A DNA stretch of 64,000 bases, taken from NCBI GenBank assembly GCA_964513645.1, contig CAZENF010000002.1, forward strand, positions 142,072 to 206,071, written 5' to 3'. The notes beneath the pieces are model-generated. The model did not search any database. It saw only the letters and a list, made by a program, of their open reading frames with translations, and was not told where the DNA came from. This DNA comes from an uncultured Candidatus Saccharibacteria bacterium (lineage in GTDB: Bacteria > Patescibacteriota > Minisyncoccia > 2-02-FULL-40-12 > GWA2-44-9). A program made the position numbers and the translations under genes. Of the stretch, positions 7,834 through 18,150 are shown in pieces; positions within the stretch are counted from its first letter, which is position 1, and every line of letters begins with the position of its first letter.

Positions 7834-9069
7834 TTATTTGCTGGCCTCTTTATCTGCTTCTACTTCTTTATAATCGAGGTTTTCTTTGGGTGAGCGGACA
7901 TCTATTTTCCAAGCTGTGAGTTTGGCCGCCAAGCGGACATTCTGTCCCCTCTTGCCGATAGCCAAAGAAAATTGGTCATCCGAAACTTCAACCAACGCGT
8001 GCTTTCTTTTCTCGTCCAGAACCTTAACATCTAAGATCTTGGCCGGAGACAAAGAATTTGCTATAAAATCTTTGGGTTTTTCACTCCAAAGGATTATATC
8101 TATTTTTTCTCCTGAAAGCTCATTGATCACTGTCTGAACCCGGACACCTTTCTGACCGACGAGCGAACCTATCGGGTCAACGCCTTCTTCCTGCGATGCA
8201 ACCGCGATTTTGGTTCTTGAACCGGCTTCTCTGGCGATTGATTTTACCACAACTGTTCCGCTGTCTATTTCCGGAACTTCCATTCTAAACAATTCTATTA
8301 CTAATTTGGGATGAGATCTCGAAAGTAAGACCACTGGACCACGGGATGTTTCATCAACTTTTAATATCATAAATCTCAATCTTTGGCCGATGCGATAATT
8401 GTCTCCGTAAACCTGTTCGGCCGGAGTGAGCAAGCCATTGGTCTTGCCGATATCAATAAAGACCAGTGCTCCTTCTTTACGTTGAACGACGCCTCCGACT
8501 ATCTCTCCTTCACGCTTCTTGAATTCAGAAAATATCGCATCCCGTTCCGCTTCGCGCAGTCTCTGGATAACGACTTGCTTTGCGGTTTGGGCCGCAATGC
8601 GGCCAAAATCGGTATGGCTTTCGAGCTTGATAACAAGTTCGTCGCCGACCTTTATTTTTTTGCTTTTCTTTTTGGCATCCTTGAGAGTGATGTGTTTTTC
8701 GGGATTGAATTTTATCTTTATTTCGCCTTCTTCCGTCTTGGCTGTTTCAGTTTCTTCAACCGGAGCCCCTCTTTTTGTTCTTTCGAGGTCGTGAAAATCT
8801 TGCTTGTCTTCAGCAACTTTAACCGGCAACTGCCCGGTAATATAGCCCTCTTCGTCAACGTCCTCTATCACATAGAAGATCTGGGTCATTTCCAATTTCC
8901 CGGTCTCAATGTCAAGCTTAGCTTTAACTATCTGGCCTTTTTTGCCATAGTCTCTCTTGTAGGCCGCAGCAATCGCCGCTTCGATTGTTTCTATCACACT
9001 TTCCTGGGGAATACCCTTTTCTTCCGAAATTTGATTTATAGCTGATAAAAATTGTTTGATATCAAACAT
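7834..9069 (-). CDS. nusA: Transcription factor NusA
   Basis: DFGRIAAQTAKQV, AREAGSRTKIAV, LAIGKRGQNVRLA. Confidence 0.98.
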   Translation of the reverse strand: MFDIKQFLSAINQISEEKGIPQESVIETIEAAIAAAYKRDYGKKGQIVKAKLDIETGKLEMTQIFYVIEDVDEEGYITGQLPVKVAEDKQDFHDLERTKRGAPVEETETAKTEEGEIKIKFNPEKHITLKDAKKKSKKIKVGDELVIKLESHTDFGRIAAQTAKQVVIQRLREAERDAIFSEFKKREGEIVGGVVQRKEGALVFIDIGKTNGLLTPAEQVYGDNYRIGQRLRFMILKVDETSRGPVVLLSRSHPKLVIELFRMEVPEIDSGTVVVKSIAREAGSRTKIAVASQEEGVDPIGSLVGQKGVRVQTVINELSGEKIDIILWSEKPKDFIANSLSPAKILDVKVLDEKRKHALVEVSDDQFSLAIGKRGQNVRLAAKLTAWKIDVRSPKENLDYKEVEADKEASK

Positions 9070-9288
9070 ATTTCTGAACTATTAAGGTTTGATCCCTAAT
9101 GCAGAATGCTTTAGTTATTAATCCTTAGCCGCTAATTAAAATACGAGGCCCGCTATAGCGGACCTATCACATACCTTACTGCTTGTATGTTAACAAAAAG
9201 TTAACCGATAGTCAATAGGGTGTAGTATAATATAGATATCCACAAAATTTATCTTTACAAATAACCCCAGTCCGATAATACAAGATAT

Positions 9289-10947
9289 ATGCCCCCTCAA
9301 CCGCCCGTTGCCAAAAAAGAAGATGAGCTTGAAAAAAAATTAAAAGAAATCAAGCTCAAACAGGAAGACGAACGCTATGCTGAAATGGCCCAAAGGTTTG
9401 GGATTCCCTTTTCAACCTTAAAAGGCGTTCCGATAGATACCGAAGCTCTTAACCTTCTCACAGAGGAAGATGCCCGGAAATCAAATTTGGCAGTTCTTTA
9501 TAAAAGTGGGAAAAAAATAATAGTCGCTCTGACCGATCCCGAGAATGCTGAAACAAAAAAGACACTTTCCGCTTTCGAAAGCCAGGGCTTTACCTTGAGT
9601 ACGCTGTTCGTTTCTCCAAGCACCTTAAATACTGTCTGGCAAAGGTATAAGACGATCAAACAAAAGGTTTTTAAGATCGGGGCCATCGAGATAAACGAAG
9701 AAGAACTGACACAACTACAGGAACAGATAAAAGACCTCAGTGATCTTAAAAACAAGCTCCAAAATATCTCTGTTACCAAACTGCTTGAAATACTTATCGC
9801 CGGTGCATTAAAGACAAAAGCTTCGGACATGCACTTTGAACCGGAACATGAGACTGCGAGAATAAGGTACCGTCTCGACGGAATCTTGCACGACATCACT
9901 AATCTTGATGTTGATTTTTATGAGAAAATACTGAATCGCATCAAAGTTTTGTCGAAAATGAAACTTAATATCCATGATTCTCCTCAAGATGGACGCTTTA
10001 CTATCAAACAAAGGAATCTTGACATTGAAGTCAGAGTTTCGATAATCCCGAGTGAATTCGGCGAAACGATCGTCATGCGACTTCTCGATCCACGGAGTAT
10101 AAAAGTAGAGCTCGAAGATCTTGGCATCAGAAAAGACCTTCTCGAAACGATCCAACAACAACTTAAGAAAAAAACTGGCGCGATCATGGTTTCGGGACCG
10201 ACTGGAGCCGGCAAAACCACGACCCTGTATGCTTTTGCTAACCGGCTGAACGAGCCCGGTACGAAAATAATCACCATCGAAGACCCTATCGAGTATCATG
10301 TTAAAAACATCTCTCAAACCCAGGTTAACCCGAAGAAGGGTTATACCTTTGCCAACGGCCTTCGGTCTATTGTCAGACAGGATCCCGATATTATCCTTGT
10401 CGGAGAGATAAGAGATGTTGAGACGGCGGAAATCGCTTTGCATGCCGCTTTGACGGGACATTTTGTCCTTTCTACCATCCACACAAACGACGCCGCCGGC
10501 GTCATCCCCCGTTTGGTTGACTTGGGTATCCGTACACAGATAATCGCCCCGGCCATCAATATAACCATTGCTCAACGCCTTGTCAGGCGACTTTGTACTA
10601 AATGTAAAAAACAGGAAAAAGTAAAACCGGAAGACCTTGAGAAGATCAAAAAAATCCTTATACCAATCAAAGAACGTTTTAATTTGCCGGCTTTGGATCC
10701 GTCTCTTAAGATCTACTACGCTGGCCGGTGCAACGAGTGTAACATGTCAGGTTATGAGGGTCGGGTGGGAGTCTTTGAAATATTCGTCGTTTCCAAAGCC
10801 ATGGAGCAGTTAATCCTGACATCCCCACCGATATCCCAGATCCAGGAACTTGCCGTTTCAGAAGGCATGACCACCTTGATACAGGATGTTTACCTTAAAG
10901 TTTTGGATGGATTAACATCGATCGAAGAAATAGAAAGAGCGATGTAG
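9289..10947 (+). CDS. pilB: Type IV pilus/T2SS assembly ATPase (PilB/GspE)
   Basis: ASDMHFEP, PQDGRF, GPTGAGKTT, TIEDPIEY, RQDPDIILVGEIRD, two CxxC. Confidence 0.92.
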   Translation: MPPQPPVAKKEDELEKKLKEIKLKQEDERYAEMAQRFGIPFSTLKGVPIDTEALNLLTEEDARKSNLAVLYKSGKKIIVALTDPENAETKKTLSAFESQGFTLSTLFVSPSTLNTVWQRYKTIKQKVFKIGAIEINEEELTQLQEQIKDLSDLKNKLQNISVTKLLEILIAGALKTKASDMHFEPEHETARIRYRLDGILHDITNLDVDFYEKILNRIKVLSKMKLNIHDSPQDGRFTIKQRNLDIEVRVSIIPSEFGETIVMRLLDPRSIKVELEDLGIRKDLLETIQQQLKKKTGAIMVSGPTGAGKTTTLYAFANRLNEPGTKIITIEDPIEYHVKNISQTQVNPKKGYTFANGLRSIVRQDPDIILVGEIRDVETAEIALHAALTGHFVLSTIHTNDAAGVIPRLVDLGIRTQIIAPAINITIAQRLVRRLCTKCKKQEKVKPEDLEKIKKILIPIKERFNLPALDPSLKIYYAGRCNECNMSGYEGRVGVFEIFVVSKAMEQLILTSPPISQIQELAVSEGMTTLIQDVYLKVLDGLTSIEEIERAM

Positions 10948-10955
10948 TAAGCTAA

Positions 10956-11114
10956 AACCCTATAACCTGTAGGCAAAGTCCGAATTTTAAAAAAATTCGG
11001 GGCAGGATAGTTCAGAGGAGTAGTCCAGTCGAAACCAAACTATCCGAGCTTAGATATTATCCCGATTGGGCCTGCGGAAATCCTTAACCCAATTGCCTAC
11101 AGATTATAGGGGTT
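10956..11114. ncRNA. Candidate multi-branched structured RNA or element
   Basis: ~20-bp closing stem AACCCTATAACCTGTAGGCAA/TTGCCTACAGATTATAGGGGTT enclosing further hairpins. Confidence 0.45.
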
Positions 11115-11173
11115 CAGAGGTTTTGCTTTTTGTCCGGCAAAACCATCGAGTCTATATTTTAATCTAAAATAAT

Positions 11174-12184
11174 ATGAATGTCAAGGAATCAAATGTTGCC
11201 GCCCAGGGCGTTTTAGATGACCAGGTTTTGGATCTGGCTTTACGGCCCAAGAATTTTCATGAATATGTCGGTCAGGATAAGATAAAAGACAATCTAAAAA
11301 TAATGATTGGGGCGGCCAAAAAGAGGGGTGAAATTATGGAGCACTTGCTCCTCCACGGCCCTTCCGGCTTGGGCAAAACCACCCTCGCCTATCTTATTGC
11401 CCGAGAGCTTGGCTCAGGTATCAAAATAACCTCGGGTACAGCGATTGAAAAGGCCGGAGACGTCGGTTCTATTCTTACTGGTTTAAACGACGGTGACGTC
11501 ATGTTCATAGATGAGGTTCACCGACTTAACAAGGCCGTGGAAGAGGTCATTTATCCGGCAATGGAGAATTTTAAGCTGGATATCATAATCGGCAAAGGTA
11601 CCTCGGCTAAAACTCTTCAGATAGACCTACCCAAGTTCACCCTTATCGCTGCTACAACCAAGATCTCAATGCTCTCAAGTCCTTTTCGTTCGCGTTTCGG
11701 CGTTAATTTCCGTTTGGACTTTTACAAGCAAAAAGACATCGAAAACATCGTTGCCCGTTCAGCTTCGCTTCTTCAAGTCAACATCGACAAGAGTGGAATT
11801 GAATCCATTGCGAAGTCTTCTCGGTTTACGCCCCGTATCGCCAATCGGCTATTAAAACGTGTCCGTGATTATGCCGAGGTTAAAGATCATAATTCCATAA
11901 ATGCTACCATCGCCGGAGAAGCCTTGAGCATGCTTGAAATAGACGACCAAGGTCTCGAAGAAACAGACCGCAAAATACTGACAACGATCGCGCAAACATT
12001 TGAAGGCGGTCCGGTCGGATTAAAAGCCGTGGCTGCAGCGATTTCTGAAGAAGAGAGTACAATTGAAGATGTTTATGAACCTTATCTCATTCAGATAGGT
12101 TTTATATCCAGAACACCCAAAGGCAGAGTTATTACTCGGGAAGGCAAAAAACATATAGGAATAAAGTCAGGTTTTGACATCTAA
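11174..12184 (+). CDS. ruvB: Holliday junction branch migration ATPase RuvB
   Basis: LRPKNFHEYVGQ, GPSGLGKTT, FIDEVHRL, YEPYLIQ, RTPKGR. Confidence 0.98.
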   Translation: MNVKESNVAAQGVLDDQVLDLALRPKNFHEYVGQDKIKDNLKIMIGAAKKRGEIMEHLLLHGPSGLGKTTLAYLIARELGSGIKITSGTAIEKAGDVGSILTGLNDGDVMFIDEVHRLNKAVEEVIYPAMENFKLDIIIGKGTSAKTLQIDLPKFTLIAATTKISMLSSPFRSRFGVNFRLDFYKQKDIENIVARSASLLQVNIDKSGIESIAKSSRFTPRIANRLLKRVRDYAEVKDHNSINATIAGEALSMLEIDDQGLEETDRKILTTIAQTFEGGPVGLKAVAAAISEEESTIEDVYEPYLIQIGFISRTPKGRVITREGKKHIGIKSGFDI

Positions 12185-12189
12185 CTCAC

Positions 12190-12696
12190 ATGAGCGGTCA
12201 CTCGAGATGGTCACAAATAAAGCATAAGAAAGCGACAACTGACAAAAAAAGAGGTCAGTTGTTTTCTAAACTCTCCAAACTGATCTCTCTCGCCGCCCGC
12301 AGAGGAACAAACCCTGAAACAAATCTTGAACTTAAAAGTGCCATAGAGCAGGCACGTTCTTTTAATGTTCCGAGCGATAATATTGAACGGGCCATAAAAA
12401 AGGTCTCCGACAAATCCGCCACCCAGCTTGAGGAGTTGTACATAGAAGCTCTGGGCCCTGGCGGAGTTGCCTTAAAAATTAAGGCCGTAACTGATAACAA
12501 AAACCGAACTATCGCTGAAGTTAAAAGTATTCTAACCGAAAATAGTTCAAAGATGGTCCAACCCGGAAGTATTTCCTGGATGTTCAATCAATCCATTAGC
12601 CTTGATTCGCCAGAAGTTCAGACTCAACTCGACAAACTTCTCGAAGCCCTCGACGACCAAGATGATGTTGAAGATGTGGTCTCAAACCTTAAATAA
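12190..12696 (+). CDS. yebC: YebC/PmpR family protein (short form)
   Basis: MSGHSRWSQIKHKK, TDNKNRT, LDDQDDVEDVVSN; only 168 aa. Confidence 0.93.
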   Translation: MSGHSRWSQIKHKKATTDKKRGQLFSKLSKLISLAARRGTNPETNLELKSAIEQARSFNVPSDNIERAIKKVSDKSATQLEELYIEALGPGGVALKIKAVTDNKNRTIAEVKSILTENSSKMVQPGSISWMFNQSISLDSPEVQTQLDKLLEALDDQDDVEDVVSNLK

Positions 12697-12698
12697 CT

Positions 12699-13169
12699 AT
12701 GATAATACTCGGTATAGACCCTGGAACAACCCGTATCGGATATGGCGTAATCGAAAAAAAACAAAACAACTTGGCCTGGCTTGAACATGGCCTGGTAAAA
12801 AGCTCTGACCCGGCGGAGGTAATTAAAGAGTTGGGTCGTTTATGTTCAAAATACAAGCCTGAACTGGCAGCTGTGGAAAAGTTATTTTTCTTTAAAAACA
12901 AAAAAACTATAATAGCTGTAAGCGAGATGCGCGGCGTTATAATGTCCGCCCTCGCCATGCACAAGATAGAGGTTAAAGAATACACTCCCCTTCAGGTCAA
13001 GCAGGCTGTATCAAATTATGGCCGGGCCGACAAAGCACAAGTTGAGCATATGGTCCGTCTGATCCTTGGTATAAAAGAGCGGATAAACCCGGACGATGCC
13101 GCTGACGGATTAGCTATTGCAATTTGTTGTGCAAATAATATAGTATACCAATCTAAAAATTTAATTTAA
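12699..13169 (+). CDS. ruvC: Holliday junction resolvase RuvC
   Basis: ILGIDPG, AVEKLFF, EYTPLQVK, DDAADGLAIA. Confidence 0.97.
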   Translation: MIILGIDPGTTRIGYGVIEKKQNNLAWLEHGLVKSSDPAEVIKELGRLCSKYKPELAAVEKLFFFKNKKTIIAVSEMRGVIMSALAMHKIEVKEYTPLQVKQAVSNYGRADKAQVEHMVRLILGIKERINPDDAADGLAIAICCANNIVYQSKNLI

Positions 13170-13240
13170 CTAACTTGCGGCTTGAATGATTTTCCGGAGA
13201 CACAGGACCCGGGAATCGTTAAAAGCTTTTGCAAAGAAAG

Positions 13241-13411
13241 ATGGTCGAAGAAAAAAAATATGCCCAGATAGAAGCCTTTGAAGAAATGGAAGATGCGGAG
13301 GATGCAAAAGACGAAGATGATGACGATGTTGAGGATGATATGGATGACGACGACACTGAAGATGAAGATGATGACGAGGAAGATTCCGGCGGCTCTGATT
13401 ACGAGAGTTAA
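13241..13411 (+). CDS. Very acidic small protein
   Basis: 56-aa ORF from ATG 13241, more than half Asp/Glu, with mixed synonymous codons. Confidence 0.55.
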   Translation: MVEEKKYAQIEAFEEMEDAEDAKDEDDDDVEDDMDDDDTEDEDDDEEDSGGSDYES

Positions 13412-13436
13412 GCTTACTAAATAACCCCTCCCGGGG

Positions 13437-14570
13437 TTATTTTATTTCTACAAACTTACCTTTACCATATTTTATTTTATCTCCTTTTTTGGGTTCGATC
13501 TTCCAATTAGTCTCGACTTTACCGTTTATCTCGACTGCGCCTGCTTTAATCAGTTCTTTGGCTTGAGATATCGAGGGAATGATTCCGCTATCCACGGACG
13601 TAGTGGCTAAATTACCTCCTTCATTGCCTGCTTTAGGGCTGATAGCCTCTTTGACTTTATCTTCTCCGTGATAAATTCTTATCAATTCCTCGGCTAATTT
13701 TTCCTTGAACTCTCTGGGCTCTTTTTTACTTTCTTCGTCAATCCACTCCTGGTCTTTGTCGGTACATAATTCAAAAACAGTTTTGGTCATCTTGTCATCC
13801 ATCGCCAGTATTTTTCTTCTTATCTCACTCGGCTCATCTTTTATCGAAATAATTTCACCTTCACTCTTGCTCATTTTCTTTCCGGTACCTGCATCAATAA
13901 GAAGTCGAGTTGCTAAGACCATTTTGTCTTTATTAAGGAGGGTCTTTTCGAGGTCGCGTCCGACAAGCATATTAAATATCTGGTCATGGCCGCCTATTTC
14001 GCCGTCCACCTTCATCGCAACCGAATCATATCCTTGCATTAACGGATAGAGAAATTCGTGAAGAGCTATCGACTGATTGTTTTTTATCCTTTCCTGAAAC
14101 ATGTCTCTGACTATCATCTGCTGTACAGTTACATGTGAGGCTATTTTAATTAAGTTTCCCATATCCATTTTTTTGAGCCATTCACTGTTATGCTTAACTT
14201 CAAAATTTCCTTCAAGCAGTATTTTTTGAACCTGCTCGAGATATCCTTTCATGTTTTCTTTTATATTTCCCTCATCCAACGGCTTTCTGGTTTTATCCTT
14301 ACCCGTCGGATCACCTATCATTGCTGTAAAATCACCCATTAAGAGAATTATTTTATGTCCGAGATGGCCAAGACCTTTCAGCAGGTAAAGTTGGGCAGTG
14401 TGACCTAAATGAATGTCTTTTCCAGTCGGGTCTATTCCATAATAAAATGTCAGTGCTTGGCCGGAGGATAATTTATTTATAACTTCTTCTTTGGAAGGAT
14501 AAAATCCGTCGGGCGAAACCCGTCGGTCGAGAAGGAGTCCTATTTTGTTTTTATCCGTCTCTACCGCCAT
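13437..14570 (-). CDS. tyrS: Tyrosine--tRNA ligase
   Basis: YYGIDPT, HLGH, YPLMQGYD, KMSKS, C-terminal S4 domain. Confidence 0.97.
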   Translation of the reverse strand: MAVETDKNKIGLLLDRRVSPDGFYPSKEEVINKLSSGQALTFYYGIDPTGKDIHLGHTAQLYLLKGLGHLGHKIILLMGDFTAMIGDPTGKDKTRKPLDEGNIKENMKGYLEQVQKILLEGNFEVKHNSEWLKKMDMGNLIKIASHVTVQQMIVRDMFQERIKNNQSIALHEFLYPLMQGYDSVAMKVDGEIGGHDQIFNMLVGRDLEKTLLNKDKMVLATRLLIDAGTGKKMSKSEGEIISIKDEPSEIRRKILAMDDKMTKTVFELCTDKDQEWIDEESKKEPREFKEKLAEELIRIYHGEDKVKEAISPKAGNEGGNLATTSVDSGIIPSISQAKELIKAGAVEINGKVETNWKIEPKKGDKIKYGKGKFVEIK

Positions 14571-14641
14571 ATTTATAAATAATATAGGTTATTAATATCC
14601 TTGTAAATATCGATTTTTTATGGCATTATTTTAAGGAATTA

Positions 14642-16771
14642 ATGCTGCCTAATTTTACCGTTGAAAACCTCCGGAAACGTAAATATCCGGTCAAAAAGAT
14701 AATAAAAACCTCCCTCACACTCTTTGTGTGGTTTTTTGTTATTGGGTCTATAATATTTTTAACTTATTTTATTTATATCGAAAGAACCCTGCCTGACCCG
14801 GAATCAATAATTACGCGTAAAGTCGGTGAGTCAACAAAAATATATGACCGGACAGGTCAGGTACTCCTATACGATATTCACGGGGAAGAAAAAAGAACCA
14901 TTGTTCCCTGGGAAAAAATACCCGATTCCATAAAAAAAGCGACTATTGCGTCTGAAGATAACGATTTTTACAGTCATCGCGGTATTGATTTTAGAGGCAT
15001 TGCCCGGGCTTTTCTTAAAGATATTTCGGGCGGAGGAATTTCCCAGGGCGGTTCAACTATCACCCAGCAATTGGTAAAAAAAGCTCTTTTGGGTGATGAG
15101 CGGACACTTACCCGGAAACTTAAAGAAATAATCCTAACTATAGAGATAGAGCGCCGGTTCAGTAAAGATGAAATATTTTGGATGTATCTTAACCAAATAC
15201 CTTACGGTTCGAACGCTTATGGAATTGAGTCGGCCAGCCGGACATTTTTTAACAAATCGGCGAAAGATCTTACTTTGGCCGAATCAGCCACTTTATCCGT
15301 CCTCCCTAAAGCGCCCACCTACTACTCCCCTTACGGGAATCACGTCGATGAACTGATGACTCTTAAAAACGGTATTCTCTCGAAAATGCTTGAACTTGGT
15401 TATATAACTAAAGACCAGTACTCCGCCGCTCTTAGCACAAAGATAGTTTTTACCCCTGGAATAGAAAAAATTTCCGCTCCTCATTTTGTAATGATGGTCA
15501 AAGAATACCTCGAATCTAAATACGGAGGAAATGCGGTTGAGAATGATGGTCTTCAAGTGATTACCTCTCTTGATGCAAACCTTCAACAATCAGCCGAAAA
15601 TTTGGTTGCCAAATACTCCGCCATTAACAAAGAACGCTATAAGGCCAATAATGCAGCCTTGGTCTCTATCGATCCCAGGTCAGGAGAGGTTCTGGCTTTG
15701 GTCGGTTCAAGTAATTATTTTGATGTCGCAAACCAGGGTAATTTTAATGTTGCCACGGCTTTAAGACAGCCTGGTTCGTCTTTTAAACCTTTTGCCTATG
15801 CTACCGCTTTCAAAAAAGGATATCCCGATGCAACAGTTCTTTTTGACGCTAAAACAGAGTTCAATCCTAATTGCCCCCCTGATTCGAGCGGTGAGAAAGA
15901 CCAGTACGGCCTCGACTGTTATTCGCCAGATAACTATGATGGGCGCTTCCGCGGACCGGTTACCCTTAGGAATGCCCTGTCTCAATCTTTAAACGTTCCT
16001 TCGGTAAAAACTCTGTATCTCGCCGGAGTTGATGATACAATAAACACCGCTCAATCAATGGGCATTTCAACTTTACAGGACCGGTCGAGATTCGGTTTAT
16101 CTTTGGTTCTGGGCGGTGCCGAGGTAAAACTTATTGACCTTACATCTGCTTACGGTGTTTTTGCCAACGATGGGATCAGAAACCCTTGGTTTATTATAAA
16201 TAAGGTTACCTCGTCTGACGGAACGGTCCTTGAAGAACATAAAGCTGAACCAAAACGAGTTCTCGACCCTCAAGTAAGCCGGCTTGTCAGCGACGTTCTG
16301 TCTGATAACAACGCCAGGGCTCCTGAATTCGGCTATAACAGTTCTCTTTACATCACGGGCCGGGATGTTGCCGCAAAAACTGGAACTACACAAGAAAACC
16401 GGGACGCCTGGGTTGTAGGTTTTACTCCTTCTTTAGCAACAGGAGTTTGGACAGGAAATAATGATAATCAGTCTATGACAAAAGCTGGCGCCGGTATAAG
16501 CGCTTCAGGCCCCATGTGGCACGAATTTATGGTCACGGCCCTTGGAAGCACTCCGGTTGAAACGTTCAATAAACCTGACCCCGCTTATTCATCGAAACCT
16601 ATGCTTAACGGCCAGTATCTACCAAACTCGAATACCCAGGATACCCATACAATTCTTTACTATGTTAACCGAAGTGACCCTTTAGGCCCTCCTTCTGTTC
16701 AGCCAGGAGACGACCCCCAATTCAAGAACTGGGAGTGGGCTGTCAGAAATTATTATCAGTTATCTAATTAG
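14642..16771 (+). CDS. Class A penicillin-binding protein (PBP1A family)
   Basis: EDNDFYSH and GGSTITQQ (transglycosylase); SSFK, SLN, KTG (transpeptidase). Confidence 0.95.
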   Translation: MLPNFTVENLRKRKYPVKKIIKTSLTLFVWFFVIGSIIFLTYFIYIERTLPDPESIITRKVGESTKIYDRTGQVLLYDIHGEEKRTIVPWEKIPDSIKKATIASEDNDFYSHRGIDFRGIARAFLKDISGGGISQGGSTITQQLVKKALLGDERTLTRKLKEIILTIEIERRFSKDEIFWMYLNQIPYGSNAYGIESASRTFFNKSAKDLTLAESATLSVLPKAPTYYSPYGNHVDELMTLKNGILSKMLELGYITKDQYSAALSTKIVFTPGIEKISAPHFVMMVKEYLESKYGGNAVENDGLQVITSLDANLQQSAENLVAKYSAINKERYKANNAALVSIDPRSGEVLALVGSSNYFDVANQGNFNVATALRQPGSSFKPFAYATAFKKGYPDATVLFDAKTEFNPNCPPDSSGEKDQYGLDCYSPDNYDGRFRGPVTLRNALSQSLNVPSVKTLYLAGVDDTINTAQSMGISTLQDRSRFGLSLVLGGAEVKLIDLTSAYGVFANDGIRNPWFIINKVTSSDGTVLEEHKAEPKRVLDPQVSRLVSDVLSDNNARAPEFGYNSSLYITGRDVAAKTGTTQENRDAWVVGFTPSLATGVWTGNNDNQSMTKAGAGISASGPMWHEFMVTALGSTPVETFNKPDPAYSSKPMLNGQYLPNSNTQDTHTILYYVNRSDPLGPPSVQPGDDPQFKNWEWAVRNYYQLSN

Positions 16772-17047
16772 TATCTTGTTAGGATTTATATTTTTATCTT
16801 TAAGAAAATTTGTCAGAAGTTCTAATCTTATCACCAGTTCGTTCGCTATTACTTTATTAACTGTGGTTATTGTAAGAGTATTATCCTTGGCACTGTAGCT
16901 AACCACAAAAGGAATATCCTTTAAGACTTCGCCAAACTCTTTTTTCATAAACAAGCCGAATTCATCGGTTATTTTTCTGTTCTTGTCTTGGTTTTTAACA
17001 AGAGAAATTTCTTTCCTTTCAAAAGCTTTTTTGAGATCTTTAAACAT
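16760..17047 (-). CDS. Possible DciA/DUF721-like protein
   Basis: Immediately after dnaN; DNTLTITTVNKVIANEL resembles the DciA core. Confidence 0.5.
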   Translation of the reverse strand: MFKDLKKAFERKEISLVKNQDKNRKITDEFGLFMKKEFGEVLKDIPFVVSYSAKDNTLTITTVNKVIANELVIRLELLTNFLKDKNINPNKILIR

Positions 17048-17058
17048 TATTTTTAACC

Positions 17059-18150
17059 CTACCTTCTAAGAGGCATGATGAGGTACACGAAGTCTTTATT
17101 ATCGTGTTCTGGTCTGATAACCAAGGGACTTCCTTGACCGGTATATTCAATGATAATATTATCCGTCGGGATTATTTTAAGACCATCTATCAGGTAATAA
17201 TGGTTCACCGATATCTCAAAAGGTTCGTTCTTAAGCAAAGAATCAACTACAACCTGAATCTCTCCTTTGTCGGAGTTTTTAGAAGTTATCGTCGTGTTTT
17301 TTTCTTTAAATACCATCTTTATATCCGCTATATTCGAAGAAAATAATCCGGCTAAACGTGCGTTCTTTTCGAGATCTTCTTTTTTAATTAAAACGCGTGA
17401 AATGAATTTATCAGGAATAACTTTCTTGTAGTCAGGATAGTTTCCGTCTATCAAACGGGAGATCACCTCAACCTCATCAGTATAAAAACACACCTGATTT
17501 TCTCCGTATCTTACTTCAATGTCTCCTTCTACATCCCCTAAGACCCTTAATAACTCTAAGACTGTGTTTCTCGGCAGTATAAAAGAAATATTTTCTTTAT
17601 TTTTAATTTCAATTATTCTTTCTGCCAATCTGAAACTGTCTGTTGCGGCTAATGTCATTTTATTCTGATTAAATTGAGTAAAAACCCCTGATAACTCGGG
17701 TCTTGCTTCTGAAACAGCGACCGAGTCGAGAACCGCAGTTAAAGATGCACGGATAACTTTGGAAGGTACAGCTAAAGAGTTCCCTGATTTTATTTTAGGT
17801 ATTATCGGAAACTCTTTAGGGTCGAAACCTAAGATCTGGGTTTTGTATTTTTCGGTATTGATCGATAGGATATTATTCTTGGTTACCAATGTCACTTTCT
17901 CATCATTTAAATTGTCTACAAAATCTGAAAATATCCTTGCTGGGACCGCTATCTCGCCCGTTTCTTCTATTTTAGCGCCGAGATAATAACTTATCCCTAT
18001 TTCTAAATTTGTAGCCGATATTTTTAATCTGCCACTTTCAGTTCGGATAAGAACATTATTAAGTATCGGAAGAGATGGGTTTCTGGAAATAACTCTTTCA
18101 ACAGTATTTAAGGATTGTTTTAATTTTTTCTGGCTGGTAGTTATTCTCAT
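17059..18150 (-). CDS. dnaN: DNA polymerase III beta clamp
   Basis: ATNLEIGI, ATDSFRLA, SRLIDGNYPDY, YLIMPLR. Confidence 0.98.
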   Translation of the reverse strand: MRITTSQKKLKQSLNTVERVISRNPSLPILNNVLIRTESGRLKISATNLEIGISYYLGAKIEETGEIAVPARIFSDFVDNLNDEKVTLVTKNNILSINTEKYKTQILGFDPKEFPIIPKIKSGNSLAVPSKVIRASLTAVLDSVAVSEARPELSGVFTQFNQNKMTLAATDSFRLAERIIEIKNKENISFILPRNTVLELLRVLGDVEGDIEVRYGENQVCFYTDEVEVISRLIDGNYPDYKKVIPDKFISRVLIKKEDLEKNARLAGLFSSNIADIKMVFKEKNTTITSKNSDKGEIQVVVDSLLKNEPFEISVNHYYLIDGLKIIPTDNIIIEYTGQGSPLVIRPEHDNKDFVYLIMPLRR

